From Candidatus Methanogaster sp. (lineage in GTDB: Archaea > Halobacteriota > Methanosarcinia > Methanosarcinales > Methanogasteraceae), in contig PQXF01000002.1 of NCBI GenBank assembly GCA_003194445.1, forward strand, positions 148,116-212,115: 64,000 nucleotides of DNA, given 5' to 3'. Below are positions 1 to 10,291 of the stretch, piece by piece. The translations under genes and the position numbers were made by a program. Each line of letters begins with the position of its first letter. The stretch's first letter is position 1. The notes under the pieces are model-generated. The model had not been told where the DNA came from and made no database searches. It saw nothing but the letters and a program-made list of their open reading frames with translations.

Positions 1-105
1 ATAATGGAATTGAATACGAGTAAAGAAATTATAGGAATTGAGATATTACATGCGTCGAAGATTCTTGAACCTTTGCTGCATAATAAAATGATTACAGTCC
101 CATAA
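1..105 (+). CDS. C-terminal part of a DUF2283-family protein (putative antitoxin), cut by the window edge
   Basis: Frame 1 reads IMELNTSKEIIGIEILHASKILEPLL...*; IxGIEIxxAS is the DUF2283 signature. Confidence 0.6.
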   Translation: MMELNTSKEIIGIEILHASKILEPLLHNKMITVP

Positions 106-377
106 TATTAAACCGCAATCTCACGTGATTTACGTAATATGATCCTTCTTCTGAGATTTTATGAGTTGCTTTCGTCTAAAATATCGGAAGGAATAGAGCA
201 AAAGGATATATAACATCCACCCCCTCCGAGCGAAACGAACTTGTCAAGGAGCGCAAAGACAGAGGGCTAAAGCAGCTTCCGGATGTTGAGGTTGAGGTCG
301 AGTGGCTAAACATATACAATTCTGGCAATGCTTCGATTTAGAAAGGATTTTAAACTGCAGGGATATCAAAATATACG

Positions 378-1439
378 ATGAAATGGATGCTTGCTGCATG
401 TCTCATGCTTGTCCTGTGCGCTTCCCAGGCGAGCGGCGAGTCCGAGCTCGTGGTGGGCGTAAAACCTGCAGAGCCCTTCATAATCGTCGCAGATGATGGT
501 TCGGTGAGCGGGTTTAGCATCGACCTGCTCGAACATATACTGGCTCAACTGGATGAGCCGGTCTCTGTCTCCTATCATGTCGACCCAGACATTCCAACGC
601 ATCTGGCATCGATAAGAGATGGAAGGGTCGATTTCGGCATCGCGGCAACGACCATCACCTCGGAGAGGCTTGGCTCTTTCGAGTTCAGCCATCCATTCTA
701 TCTGGCTGACCTCGGCATCATCGCCGAAAAGGAACCCACGCCAGATCTGTTATCCCAGATCTTCACAAGAAACGTCGTATTTGGCATCATTTTGGTCATC
801 GTCTACATGATCGTCGCCGGTCACATCATCTGGCTCATCGAGCGTGAGGAAGATGGACACTTCCACACAAGCTACCTCCGAGGTGTTGCCACCGGGGTCT
901 GGTGGACGATCGTCACAATGTCGACGGTGGGCTACGGCGACGTATATCCCAAAAAACCTCTGGGCAAGACGTTCGCATCATTTGTCATCATCATCGGCAT
1001 CGCCATATTTGGTTTCACGGTTGCGACGTTCAGCAGCGCGATGACCGTCTCCCAGTTACATGCTCCGGCTATCATTGGTCCGGACGACCTGGCAGCAAGA
1101 CCGGTGGCTGTCATCGCAGGCACCCAGACCGTCCCACTGGCAGAAGAACGCGGCATGCAGCCCGTTCCGGTCGGATCATTGGGCGAGGCAGTCGCAATTC
1201 TAAAGGAGGGGAAGGTGGACGCGGTCGTGCACGACACGCCGCTTCTCAGACACTACCTCAAAAACAACCCTGACTCCAGGCTGGCACTGGCACCCCAGAC
1301 CTTCGAGATATTCACCTACGGCATCACCTACCCGAAGGGCAGCCCATGGCGGGAAAAACTCGACCCTATACTGATAAAGGCACTGGAGGACGGCACCTAC
1401 GAAAAGATCCACACCAGATGGTTCGGTGTGAGAGAATAA
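378..1439 (+). CDS. GluR0-like ligand-gated K+ channel (split solute-binding domain around a pore)
   Basis: Signal peptide, SBP_bac_3-like halves, TM helices, WWTIVTMSTVGYGD selectivity filter. Confidence 0.85.
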   Translation: MKWMLAACLMLVLCASQASGESELVVGVKPAEPFIIVADDGSVSGFSIDLLEHILAQLDEPVSVSYHVDPDIPTHLASIRDGRVDFGIAATTITSERLGSFEFSHPFYLADLGIIAEKEPTPDLLSQIFTRNVVFGIILVIVYMIVAGHIIWLIEREEDGHFHTSYLRGVATGVWWTIVTMSTVGYGDVYPKKPLGKTFASFVIIIGIAIFGFTVATFSSAMTVSQLHAPAIIGPDDLAARPVAVIAGTQTVPLAEERGMQPVPVGSLGEAVAILKEGKVDAVVHDTPLLRHYLKNNPDSRLALAPQTFEIFTYGITYPKGSPWREKLDPILIKALEDGTYEKIHTRWFGVRE

Positions 1440-1474
1440 CACATTACTCAATTTCGAAAAATGGTCCGGTTCTT

Positions 1475-1638
1475 CAAGATCCTCTGACAGCATACGGCCA
1501 CACGAAGGATCCAGCTTCATCTGCACAGACCCGAAAGCCATCACCGCAGTGAATACCAGTACGAGCAGGAGGATCAGTGCCGGATACTTCTACTGAACCA
1601 CTGCTAATTTCCTTAAGACGTCCTCGATGAGTGGCATG
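1475..1638 (-). pseudogene. Degenerate copy of the 5' end of the RND/MMPL gene
   Basis: Aligns by eye to ~4268-4431 (ttcatctgcacagacccgaaagccat...gcagtgaat...aggaggatcagt); contains an in-frame stop. Confidence 0.85.
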
Positions 1639-1716
1639 GGTCTGTGGGGTTTATGATGTATTCTGTATACTTATGTAGTTCCATCCTCGTCTGATGCTGA
1701 TCACATTTTGGTTAAA

Positions 1717-2046
1717 TCATGGCACCCGTGTGAAGGGAACAAAACGGATCCCCTCTTTCCAGTGTTGACCCTCTGCATAGATTATCAGCACACTTGGGAA
1801 TTCATCCCCTTCCCTGACAGGCTCAACTACAACAAGCCCTTCTCTCCGGTCCCCCTCCGGAACATGCTGATTTATGAAGATACGTTCTGCCGCATGAGGG
1901 GTTAACGTTCGAGTATCCTGCCAGCACACACTGCCATCACGGTCGTAGACGATGATCCTGTAATCAGCTCGCTGGTCCTGGAGATTCAGCACCTCAACAT
2001 AACTGGCCCAATTCGAGGCGTCCCAGTATGAAGCGTATTGTACCAT
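1717..2046 (-). CDS. Hypothetical protein, 109 aa
   Basis: Clean ORF with GGAGGTGA RBS upstream of ATG. Confidence 0.7.
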   Translation of the reverse strand: MVQYASYWDASNWASYVEVLNLQDQRADYRIIVYDRDGSVCWQDTRTLTPHAAERIFINQHVPEGDRREGLVVVEPVREGDEFPSVLIIYAEGQHWKEGIRFVPFTRVP

Positions 2047-2121
2047 TTTTTCACCTCCTTTTTTCCAGTTAATATATTATACTTATTGTTCATCACTTCG
2101 CATATAACGATTTCATGCCGT

Positions 2122-4431
2122 TTATTGCGAGTGTGTATTCTTTATACTTCTTATAAATCTATCCTTGAACTTCTCCTCCAGAACCGCGATCGCAGGAACC
2201 ATCCACATCGCGACAATGAAACTGAAACCCACGCCGATTGCAAGGGTTGCTCCGAGTCTATTAACTACCAGAAGAGTCGCAGCAACCACCAGCACCATGA
2301 AACAGACTATCGTGGTGGCAGTAGATGCAAAGAGTGCGTCCCCGACACTTGGGACTGCGGTATACACCGCATCCTCGATCGGGTTTCCTGCTTTTAACTC
2401 CCGTTTGATCCTGTGGTACAGATGGATGCTGAAATCGATCCCGACGCCCATGATCATCGGTGCCATTGCGATTGACATCTCTGTTAAAGGCAGGTCTATG
2501 AGTCCCATCGTTGAGATTGTCCAGACGAGCGCAAAGAATATCGGAAGCAGCGTGAGCACGCCTGCAACCGGTGAACGGTAGATGAATGATGCTATAAGGA
2601 ATACCAGTATGAAACCCAGTATGGCGGTCCATTGCCCGTCTGCATCCATCCGTTTCTCCATTTCCACACTTTTGGGCGCTTCCCCCACAAGAACAACATC
2701 CACGCCATCAGGGAATCTGACAGATTCGATCTCTCTTCCGAACTCCAGAACCTCCTCCTCCTCGAATGATGCCCCTTTGGCATCAAACGTCATATAAGAG
2801 TAATCTGAATTGAACCGGGATCTTAAATGCGGATGTTCCTCGAGTATCTTCTTGCTCATCTCCAGTGTTTGTGGGAGTTTGTCATCGTTCACCTTCTTGG
2901 TATCCACGGTAACAGAGTCTACCGAATCAACGTACTCAAGAGTACCTATCAGGGATGCAAGTACGTGAACCGATTTCAAAACTCGTGGATCGCTGAGATC
3001 AGAGACGCAATCATTGTGTTTGAGTCTGACAAGGAACGTGATTGAGTCCAGTGAGTCCCCGTAGTCCGTACCCGCTCTGCCCATAACTTCCAGCACCTCA
3101 GACTCTTCAGGTATCCAGTTTTCACTCGAATAGTCGGTCCATACCTGCGACATTCCCGGAATTAGCAAAACCGTGACGATCAATACACTGATAATTACCA
3201 ATACAGGCGCTTTTGCCTGAAATCGTGCCATTATACGTAAACATTTTTCTACGACACTTTCTTTATAAACGCCGGTATCCCTTGTTATCTTAAAGATCAG
3301 ATGATCAAAGGTTGAATATAAATACTTTCTCTCTATTGCAAGCAGTGGGGGCAGAACAACCATTGTTACTATAAATGCATAAAAGATGCCAATTGTTAGC
3401 AAAAACCCCATATCCTTGAGCACCGGCGAGCTTCCCCCCATCATTGCACCAAAACCGGCCATCGTGGTTGCAACGGACGCAAAGAGTGCCATTCCGATCG
3501 AGACCACTGAATCCTGCAGTGCAAAATCTTCCCCCCTCTTCACCAGTTCAAAGAACCGATGTGTCACATGTATCCCGTAATCGATCCCCATGCCAACAAG
3601 CATCGCGCCAAGTCCGACAGTTATAGTAGATAACTTAATCCCGAGGTAGCCCATGGTCCCACTTATCCAGATTACACCCAGAAACACCGGAATAAGGGAT
3701 AAAAATGCGGTGATTGGATGCTTAAGTAAATACCATAAAATTATGAAGACAAAGATCATGCTAAACGCAATCGTGTTTATCAGGTCGCCTGCCAGAAGCA
3801 TCATTATATAATTCATGACAGACGGCATCCCTGTAAGACTCGTCTTTATCCCGATCGGTTTCGGACAGTCCTCGATATCCTTTGTTATCTCGCGCTCCAG
3901 TTCATTCTGCACATTCACATTACCGTTGATAGCCACTGGAATCAATACCAAAGTGGAAGAATACTCCGAATTAACAAAACTTCTGACCTGCGCGCTACTC
4001 TCAATGATCGCACTGATATGTTCGCAACTCTCTGGAATCTCTCCATCGTTTGCCAGTTTAAGCGCGTACGGCAAACTATTAACCGTTTTCACATTATTCT
4101 CACTGGTAATCGAATCACTCAGGATATTCACATACTCTGCAACCCTCGGGTCCCGAATATCATTGACCGCATGAGGGTCATCAGAGGAGGGATCAAGCTC
4201 CACTAAAACGAGCATGGTGTCTGTCGATCCAAACTCCGTTGAGATGACATCCTGCATCCGGATAACTTCCAGATCATCCGGCATCATGGCGTCAAACGAA
4301 GGATCGAGTTTCATCTGCACAGACCCGAAAGCCATAACAGCAGTGAATATCAGCACGATCAGGAGGATCAGTACCGGGTATTTCTCCTGGATCACTGCTA
4401 ATTTCCGTAAGGCGTCTTCGGTGAGCGGCAT
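2122..4431 (-). CDS. RND superfamily (MMPL/HAE3-type) transporter
   Basis: Two repeats of TM + loop + 5 TM, each with a GxGIDY/F motif; start at ATG 4431 (alternative TTG 4440). Confidence 0.9.
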   Translation of the reverse strand: MPLTEDALRKLAVIQEKYPVLILLIVLIFTAVMAFGSVQMKLDPSFDAMMPDDLEVIRMQDVISTEFGSTDTMLVLVELDPSSDDPHAVNDIRDPRVAEYVNILSDSITSENNVKTVNSLPYALKLANDGEIPESCEHISAIIESSAQVRSFVNSEYSSTLVLIPVAINGNVNVQNELEREITKDIEDCPKPIGIKTSLTGMPSVMNYIMMLLAGDLINTIAFSMIFVFIILWYLLKHPITAFLSLIPVFLGVIWISGTMGYLGIKLSTITVGLGAMLVGMGIDYGIHVTHRFFELVKRGEDFALQDSVVSIGMALFASVATTMAGFGAMMGGSSPVLKDMGFLLTIGIFYAFIVTMVVLPPLLAIERKYLYSTFDHLIFKITRDTGVYKESVVEKCLRIMARFQAKAPVLVIISVLIVTVLLIPGMSQVWTDYSSENWIPEESEVLEVMGRAGTDYGDSLDSITFLVRLKHNDCVSDLSDPRVLKSVHVLASLIGTLEYVDSVDSVTVDTKKVNDDKLPQTLEMSKKILEEHPHLRSRFNSDYSYMTFDAKGASFEEEEVLEFGREIESVRFPDGVDVVLVGEAPKSVEMEKRMDADGQWTAILGFILVFLIASFIYRSPVAGVLTLLPIFFALVWTISTMGLIDLPLTEMSIAMAPMIMGVGIDFSIHLYHRIKRELKAGNPIEDAVYTAVPSVGDALFASTATTIVCFMVLVVAATLLVVNRLGATLAIGVGFSFIVAMWMVPAIAVLEEKFKDRFIRSIKNTHSQ

Positions 4432-4446
4432 GGTTACCAATTATCT

Positions 4447-5130
4447 CTATTCCGGTTTATATCCCGTCTCTTCCCACGCTTTTCTCATAACATCATTTTT
4501 CATCAGATATTCATCAACCACTGGTTTGGGGACCGTATTTAGGGGGCAGGAGAAGTTGACGCACCTCGAACAGAAGAATATCTTGAGAGTGGAGACAAAA
4601 GAGGTGCTTGTAATCAGACTTGCGATTGCAACTCCCGTAAGCCCCAGCAGTGCGATCAAGCCGTATTCAGCGTACTGGAGATATAAAAACCATATTCCGT
4701 ATCCCATGACAGAGAGCGGAAGTACAAAGAAGATCGTGGCCACGAGAAAACGCATCATGAATCGCTCGAACTTGTTCATGGGTTCGGGATGGTAACGCCA
4801 GAGTTTTGGGCTTCCATGGTTGCCAAGGCAGTGAAGTATCTTGCTCTCTTCTGCGTAGTATGGACAGTGGCTGCAGAGAAATCGGATCTCAAAACCAAAC
4901 ATGGCAAAAAGGTAGACAAGATATGTGATCAAAAGCCACCAGACCCCGGTTAAAAATCCAACGAACGCGATCCCGAAGATAGCCATTATTGTTGGAGGAA
5001 AAGCAATCGCGTGAAAGCCGCTCAGAACTTTTCGGTCCCATCTACATGACAGTTCATCCTGGATGGTGCAATTTGCACAATCGGATGAATCATTCCATGT
5101 GCAGATGTTAAGTGGGTTTTCTCCTCTCAT
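4447..5130 (-). CDS. Cys-rich membrane protein of unknown function
   Basis: 4 TM segments with CSHCPYY and CSRCVNFSCPLN motifs. Confidence 0.75.
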   Translation of the reverse strand: MRGENPLNICTWNDSSDCANCTIQDELSCRWDRKVLSGFHAIAFPPTIMAIFGIAFVGFLTGVWWLLITYLVYLFAMFGFEIRFLCSHCPYYAEESKILHCLGNHGSPKLWRYHPEPMNKFERFMMRFLVATIFFVLPLSVMGYGIWFLYLQYAEYGLIALLGLTGVAIASLITSTSFVSTLKIFFCSRCVNFSCPLNTVPKPVVDEYLMKNDVMRKAWEETGYKPE

Positions 5131-5258
5131 ACATCAACCTCACTATCATCAAGCGTTACGGTATAAAAGGTGTTCGGTCAAAATCCCGTACTCGCCACCG
5201 CGCAATAAAATTGCGGGGTGTCCACATTGTTTCATTCCCTTCTTCTCTTTTGTTATCT

Positions 5259-5495
5259 TTAAAAAGCGTATAATGCTATAATTGCTATTGTGACTACCAC
5301 GATCGAACACATCCAAACAGTTGCGGTATTGAATTTGGATTTGACATCCCTGCTCCAGGTATAAACAAGAAAGAGACTAACAGGAGAGATCATTGTGATG
5401 AAATTTAGTTCTTCATGTAGCACATTCTTAAAAATTACTGCCAAACCAAATGTGCATATAGCAGCAACAATCGATACCTTTACTTCGTCTCTCAT
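5259..5495 (-). CDS. Small membrane protein
   Basis: 78 aa, three hydrophobic segments, GAGGTGG RBS. Confidence 0.6.
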   Translation of the reverse strand: MRDEVKVSIVAAICTFGLAVIFKNVLHEELNFITMISPVSLFLVYTWSRDVKSKFNTATVWMCSIVVVTIAIIALYAF

Positions 5496-5854
5496 TTCTC
5501 AGCCACCTCTCTTTTTATTTCTGCTATTAAAGTCACCAAACCCTGCACTTAAGTATAAATCCTGAATATAGCGATTTCATGCCGCGCATCCCATCGATGC
5601 ACCTCAACAGCAATACTCTAAGCCAGCCATAGAGATAGTGTCGCCTCACGTAATTATAACCAATGCCACCATGATATATAAAACTAGCTGATCCCCGCGC
5701 CTCTGTCGCAATCAGCAGGACCAATAAAAACCACCCAGAACCCCTTACAGAAGCAGAATCACACTACCGGCTACCATCAGCAGCACATTGGCAAACGCAT
5801 AAGCGCCTGTGTAAGGCAGCGTTGTCATCCGACTGTACCCCATAAGATTCCCAC

Positions 5855-6178
5855 TCAGCGGATCACATCGCTCAGACCAAGGCCGGTAACGCCTATCGCA
5901 ATCAGGACTATTGAAAAGATCTTCAAGGCATTTGCGGGTTCTTTGAAGTACAGGATTCCAATGATGCTCACGATCACAACCCCTGATCCAACCCACACAG
6001 CGTAGGCGAAACTGAGGTCAAAGGTCTTTAAAGCAAATATAAAGATGGTAAATGCGATTCCCCAGAAGACGAAGGTGAGAACAGAGGGAACAATGTTCGA
6101 GAAGCCATCGGAGAGTTTCATACAGGTGGTGCCGCAGACCTCCATGATAATTCCTAATGCGAGAAGTAACCATTGCAT
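5855..6178 (-). CDS. SMR family (EmrE/QacE-like) efflux transporter
   Basis: WLLLALGIIMEVCGTTCMKLSDGF and AYAVW motifs, 4 TM. Confidence 0.9.
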   Translation of the reverse strand: MQWLLLALGIIMEVCGTTCMKLSDGFSNIVPSVLTFVFWGIAFTIFIFALKTFDLSFAYAVWVGSGVVIVSIIGILYFKEPANALKIFSIVLIAIGVTGLGLSDVIR

Positions 6179-6266
6179 CGTTTATTATAGCCTCCAAAGT
6201 GTTAATATGTTCTTCTGTCAGACCCATGCGCAAAGATATTAAGGCATCAGCGACTTTGATCCATGT

Positions 6267-7418
6267 ATGTACGCAAAGAGACTCACAGCGCTTCCGCCCT
6301 ATCTTTTCGCGGCGATCGATGAAGCAAAAGAAAATGCGATCAAGCACGGGGTTGATGTCATCGATCTCGGCGTAGGGGATCCTGACCTGCCGCCGCCAGC
6401 TCACATTATCGATGCGTTGTGTGCGTCCGCGCACGACCCAAAGCGGCATCAGTATCCCTCATACGCAGGAATGTTGACCTTTCGGGAGGCAGCAGCCGAA
6501 TGGTACAAAAAGACGTTTAATATCACGCTTGATCCGGGAAGCGAGGTGCTTGCGCTCATCGGATCGAAGGAAGGGCTTGCGCACATCCCGCTTGCGTTCG
6601 TAAACCCTGGCGACGTTGTGCTTGTGCCGGATCCGGCATACCCGGTATACAAGATCGGGACGCTCTTTGCAGGCGGCGTGCCCTACACTATGCCGCTTCT
6701 CGCAGAAGCCGGCTTCCTGCCCAATCTGGATGCAATACCTGCCGATGTTGCAGATAAAGCCAAACTGATCTTTCTCAATTACCCGAACAACCCGACCGCG
6801 GCAGTCGCTGACCTCTCATTTTTTAAGGAAGTAGTCGATTTCGCAAGCGAGCATGACATAATCGTTGTGCATGACAATCCGTATTCTGAGATCACATTCG
6901 GCAAGTACCGGGCTCCGAGTCTCCTATCCGCGCCGGGAGCGATGGATGTCGGGATCGAGATGCACTCGCTGTCAAAGACCTACAACATGACCGGCTGGCG
7001 CATCGGTATAGCTTGCGGGAATGCGGAGATCATCTCAGGGCTCGGCGCGGTCAAGACAAACATCGATTCCGGGGTATTCGAGCCGGTTCAGGAGGCGGCA
7101 ATCACTGCACTAACAGGTCCGCAGGATTGTATCAGCGATATGCGCAAGATATACACAGAACGAAGAGACCTGATGATTGCCGGACTACGCACGCTTGGAA
7201 TCGATGCCGTACCGCCAGAGGCGACGTTCTATATCTGGACACCAGTGCCTGATGGTTACACCTCGCTCTCATTCTCTGCGATGCTTCTTGAGAAGATCGG
7301 GATCGTGGCAACGCCGGGAGTCGGATTCGGGGAGTGCGGCGAAGGGTATGTTCGGTTCTCGCTGACGAGCTCAACCGAGCGGATAGCAGAGGCGGTCGAC
7401 CGGATGCACAGTGTGTAG
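6267..7418 (+). CDS. dapL: LL-diaminopimelate aminotransferase
   Basis: LPPYLFA, DLGVGDPD, NYPNNPT and SLSKTYNMTGWRIG class I PLP motifs. Confidence 0.85.
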   Translation: MYAKRLTALPPYLFAAIDEAKENAIKHGVDVIDLGVGDPDLPPPAHIIDALCASAHDPKRHQYPSYAGMLTFREAAAEWYKKTFNITLDPGSEVLALIGSKEGLAHIPLAFVNPGDVVLVPDPAYPVYKIGTLFAGGVPYTMPLLAEAGFLPNLDAIPADVADKAKLIFLNYPNNPTAAVADLSFFKEVVDFASEHDIIVVHDNPYSEITFGKYRAPSLLSAPGAMDVGIEMHSLSKTYNMTGWRIGIACGNAEIISGLGAVKTNIDSGVFEPVQEAAITALTGPQDCISDMRKIYTERRDLMIAGLRTLGIDAVPPEATFYIWTPVPDGYTSLSFSAMLLEKIGIVATPGVGFGECGEGYVRFSLTSSTERIAEAVDRMHSV

Positions 7419-7765
7419 GTACTACATTCTCCGCGTACTTTGCGGTAACGGCTCTGCCGTCGACGCTTGCGTTAAAATTTAAGGTATAGTGATTGTAACC
7501 ACTCAGGTGGGTTGATTGGTCGCACGATTGCGATTCTGTAGTTTCCAGAAAGAAAAATAACCGCGAAGGGCGCGGAGGAACGCTATAAGTAGTTAACTGC
7601 TTATTATCCCCTCCGCGTCCCTTTGCGGTTAAATTCTCGGTTTGGTTACAGTATCTCCCAGGTCCCGGATATTCTCTGCATAGTGAAGTCCCCCGATAGT
7701 GGTTTTAGGACCTGAGTAGTTAATAGTGATTTAGCTAAAATTCGGGAAGTGTCGTGATATATCAA

Positions 7766-7837
7766 CGTCCCGACCGGGACTCGAACCCGGGTCCATCGCT
7801 CCGGAGGCGATGAGGATATCCGCTACCCTATCGAGAC
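7766..7837 (-). tRNA. tRNA-Arg(CCG)
   Basis: Reverse complement folds as a cloverleaf; anticodon arm ATCGC-CTCCGGA-GCGAT; GGTTCGAGTCC T arm. Confidence 0.92.
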
Positions 7838-8003
7838 TTTTGACGGAGTGAAAGGCACAAAGCCAGATCTACCCTGTCATGAATTTGTGACTACATTCTA
7901 CTTGTATGAACATGATGTGTAATCATATATTGCTTTGTAAAATGGTGTCGCAGTTTCAACCCGACTTTGGGCGTTTCCTCCAGTTCCAGTATGTATAGTG
8001 CCT

Positions 8004-8585
8004 TCATTTTACAGATTCATCCTCTATTTGAGTTCTGGCAAGTGCAAGTAACACAACTATCTCAGCGCCGGCTTGTTCTATCAGATATTTCCCTGCCTTT
8101 AAAGATGTGCCACTCGTTGTCACATCGTCCAGCAGGAGTACTTGCCGACCTCTGACTACACTTTCATCCGTCACAGCAAGCGATTTTATTTCTAACTGCA
8201 TATCGCTGCTTTCGCCTACGGTTTTCTTTGGAATCTCAAAAACCCTTGATATGACATCCGTTCCATCAATTACTGAATGCGAACATAATCGTTTCGCGAT
8301 CGTCCTTATGCCAGATGGTTCGGTTCCTGCTGCATGGGTCGGGATAACACAGATCACATATTCTTCCGTACTTGAAAGAAAGGAACGCAAGCTATTCGTG
8401 CAGTAGTTAATTCCTTTTATGTGCTGATCTCTTACATCAAGAATCACACGAGAGAACGCATCGAAATTCGGATTATGGCCATCATCCCATGGATAATATA
8501 TCCCGAGGTTAAATATATCCTGCAGAGCCACTGTATTATTTTCCGAATCTCGGAATATCCGGCAGTGTGTTGTTTCTTTCTCCAT
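8004..8585 (-). CDS. Phosphoribosyltransferase-domain protein (ComF-like)
   Basis: VLLLDDVTTSGTSL PRPP-binding motif. Confidence 0.8.
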   Translation of the reverse strand: MEKETTHCRIFRDSENNTVALQDIFNLGIYYPWDDGHNPNFDAFSRVILDVRDQHIKGINYCTNSLRSFLSSTEEYVICVIPTHAAGTEPSGIRTIAKRLCSHSVIDGTDVISRVFEIPKKTVGESSDMQLEIKSLAVTDESVVRGRQVLLLDDVTTSGTSLKAGKYLIEQAGAEIVVLLALARTQIEDESVK

Positions 8586-8849
8586 TTTTAGGTCACCATG
8601 AATAGCGAACAGTAGTTATTCGGGACAAAATCAGATAGCGTTGTATATCTGAACTTACTTCACATATTGTGTCTATTGGTATTTTATCTGAATAGCCCAT
8701 ATATGCTACCCTCCGGATGAATTTTACTCATCACCTACCCATCTTCATCCTTCTCCTATATCAAGTCATTCAACCTGCCACACAAAATCCCTCAACATAG
8801 CCCCGACTTATCCGGATTCGTCTGTACCCATAAACTCCACACTCTCGTC

Positions 8850-10220
8850 TCACCGCCTACCTGCAAGAAGCCCTCGTACATACAGCCGCGCCCAGATAAA
8901 CGCTACTGCAGAACCGGTAATGTTTGCAGCAGCGAGTCCCCACCAGATCCCGGTAAGCCCCATATCAAGGTTAAACGCGAAGAGAGCTGCAAATATTGGG
9001 GTCAGGATGAGCGTGCGCAGGATCGTGACAATGAGCGCATTCATACCCCTCCCGGTCCCCTGAAAGAGCGAAGAAGAGAGCATCCCAAACGGCACGCCCG
9101 CATAGAAGAGACTCGCGATCCTTAAGAAGATGATTAGATCAGGTGCAATATGTGCTGTGCCCTCGGAGTGCGTGAACACAGCAGCGATCTGTGGGGCAAA
9201 GATGAAGGTTGCCACCGCTATCGCTGCTTCTAGCAACACACCGATCTTTGTTGCATAGAGATGAGCGATGCTCACCTTATCACAAGCGCGTGCACCGTAC
9301 GCAGCCCCGGTCACCGAGACGACCGCTGTTGCGATACCGATTAGAGGCAGTGTCGCAATCGATACCACCCGCCATCCTGTTGTATAGACCGCAACACCTT
9401 CGATGCTGCCCACCGCTACTACTATGATATTCATTATCACCATTGTAAGTGACATCGAGAGTTGCGTTGCAGATGCCGGAATGCCTACCTTGAAGATATC
9501 CCTGACAATCGCCCTATCGAACCTGAAGCAGCAGAATTTGAATGATACGTACGTGTCCTTCTTAAAAAGCAGCCAGTTTACCATAACCGCAGACGAGATT
9601 GCCAGCGATACAAATGTAGCCCATGCAGCACCAGCGATGCCCATGTCGAGACTGTAGATGAAGATCGGATCCAGTACGATGTTGAGACCTGCTCCCAGTA
9701 TCATGACATACATGGCTCGCTTGACATCGCCCTCAGCCCGCAGTATAGCGCTTGCGACATTTGTTATGAACAGGAAGATACTGCCTGCAAAGATGATCCT
9801 GGCATACGAGACAGCCAGCCCTGTTGCACTTCCGGCACCGATCAGGGCGAAGATGTCCCTGGCAAAGACAAAGAGCGGGACTGTGAAGAGAATCGCAAGC
9901 AAGAGCATTATAACAATCGTGTGAACCGCCACATTGTCCGCACCATCCTTATCCCTGGCACCAATCCTCCGGGATATGGCAGACCCGCCGCCCACCCCGA
10001 GTCCGTTGGAAAGCGCCATGGCTGCAAAGAAGAACGGAAAGACGAAGCCAATCGCAGCGAGAGCATCAGCACCGAGCCCTGCGACCCAGATCGCATCAAC
10101 GAGATTGTAGATCGTCTGCGCTGACATAGCTACGATCATCGGCAGCGACAATTTTATGATGGCTTTTTTAGGATCGCCGAGAAGTGTTTTTATTCCTTTG
10201 GAGTGTTTTCTTTCTGCCAT
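8850..10220 (-). CDS. MATE family efflux transporter
   Basis: 12 TM; YNLVDAIWV, LRAEGD and LNIVLDPIFI motifs. Confidence 0.92.
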   Translation of the reverse strand: MAERKHSKGIKTLLGDPKKAIIKLSLPMIVAMSAQTIYNLVDAIWVAGLGADALAAIGFVFPFFFAAMALSNGLGVGGGSAISRRIGARDKDGADNVAVHTIVIMLLLAILFTVPLFVFARDIFALIGAGSATGLAVSYARIIFAGSIFLFITNVASAILRAEGDVKRAMYVMILGAGLNIVLDPIFIYSLDMGIAGAAWATFVSLAISSAVMVNWLLFKKDTYVSFKFCCFRFDRAIVRDIFKVGIPASATQLSMSLTMVIMNIIVVAVGSIEGVAVYTTGWRVVSIATLPLIGIATAVVSVTGAAYGARACDKVSIAHLYATKIGVLLEAAIAVATFIFAPQIAAVFTHSEGTAHIAPDLIIFLRIASLFYAGVPFGMLSSSLFQGTGRGMNALIVTILRTLILTPIFAALFAFNLDMGLTGIWWGLAAANITGSAVAFIWARLYVRGLLAGRR

Positions 10221-10291
10221 TGTCGCTATCTTCTATCCTGCTAACTTTTGCAGGGCAAGTATTTAAAGGTTCATCAGTAGATCATCTCTTC

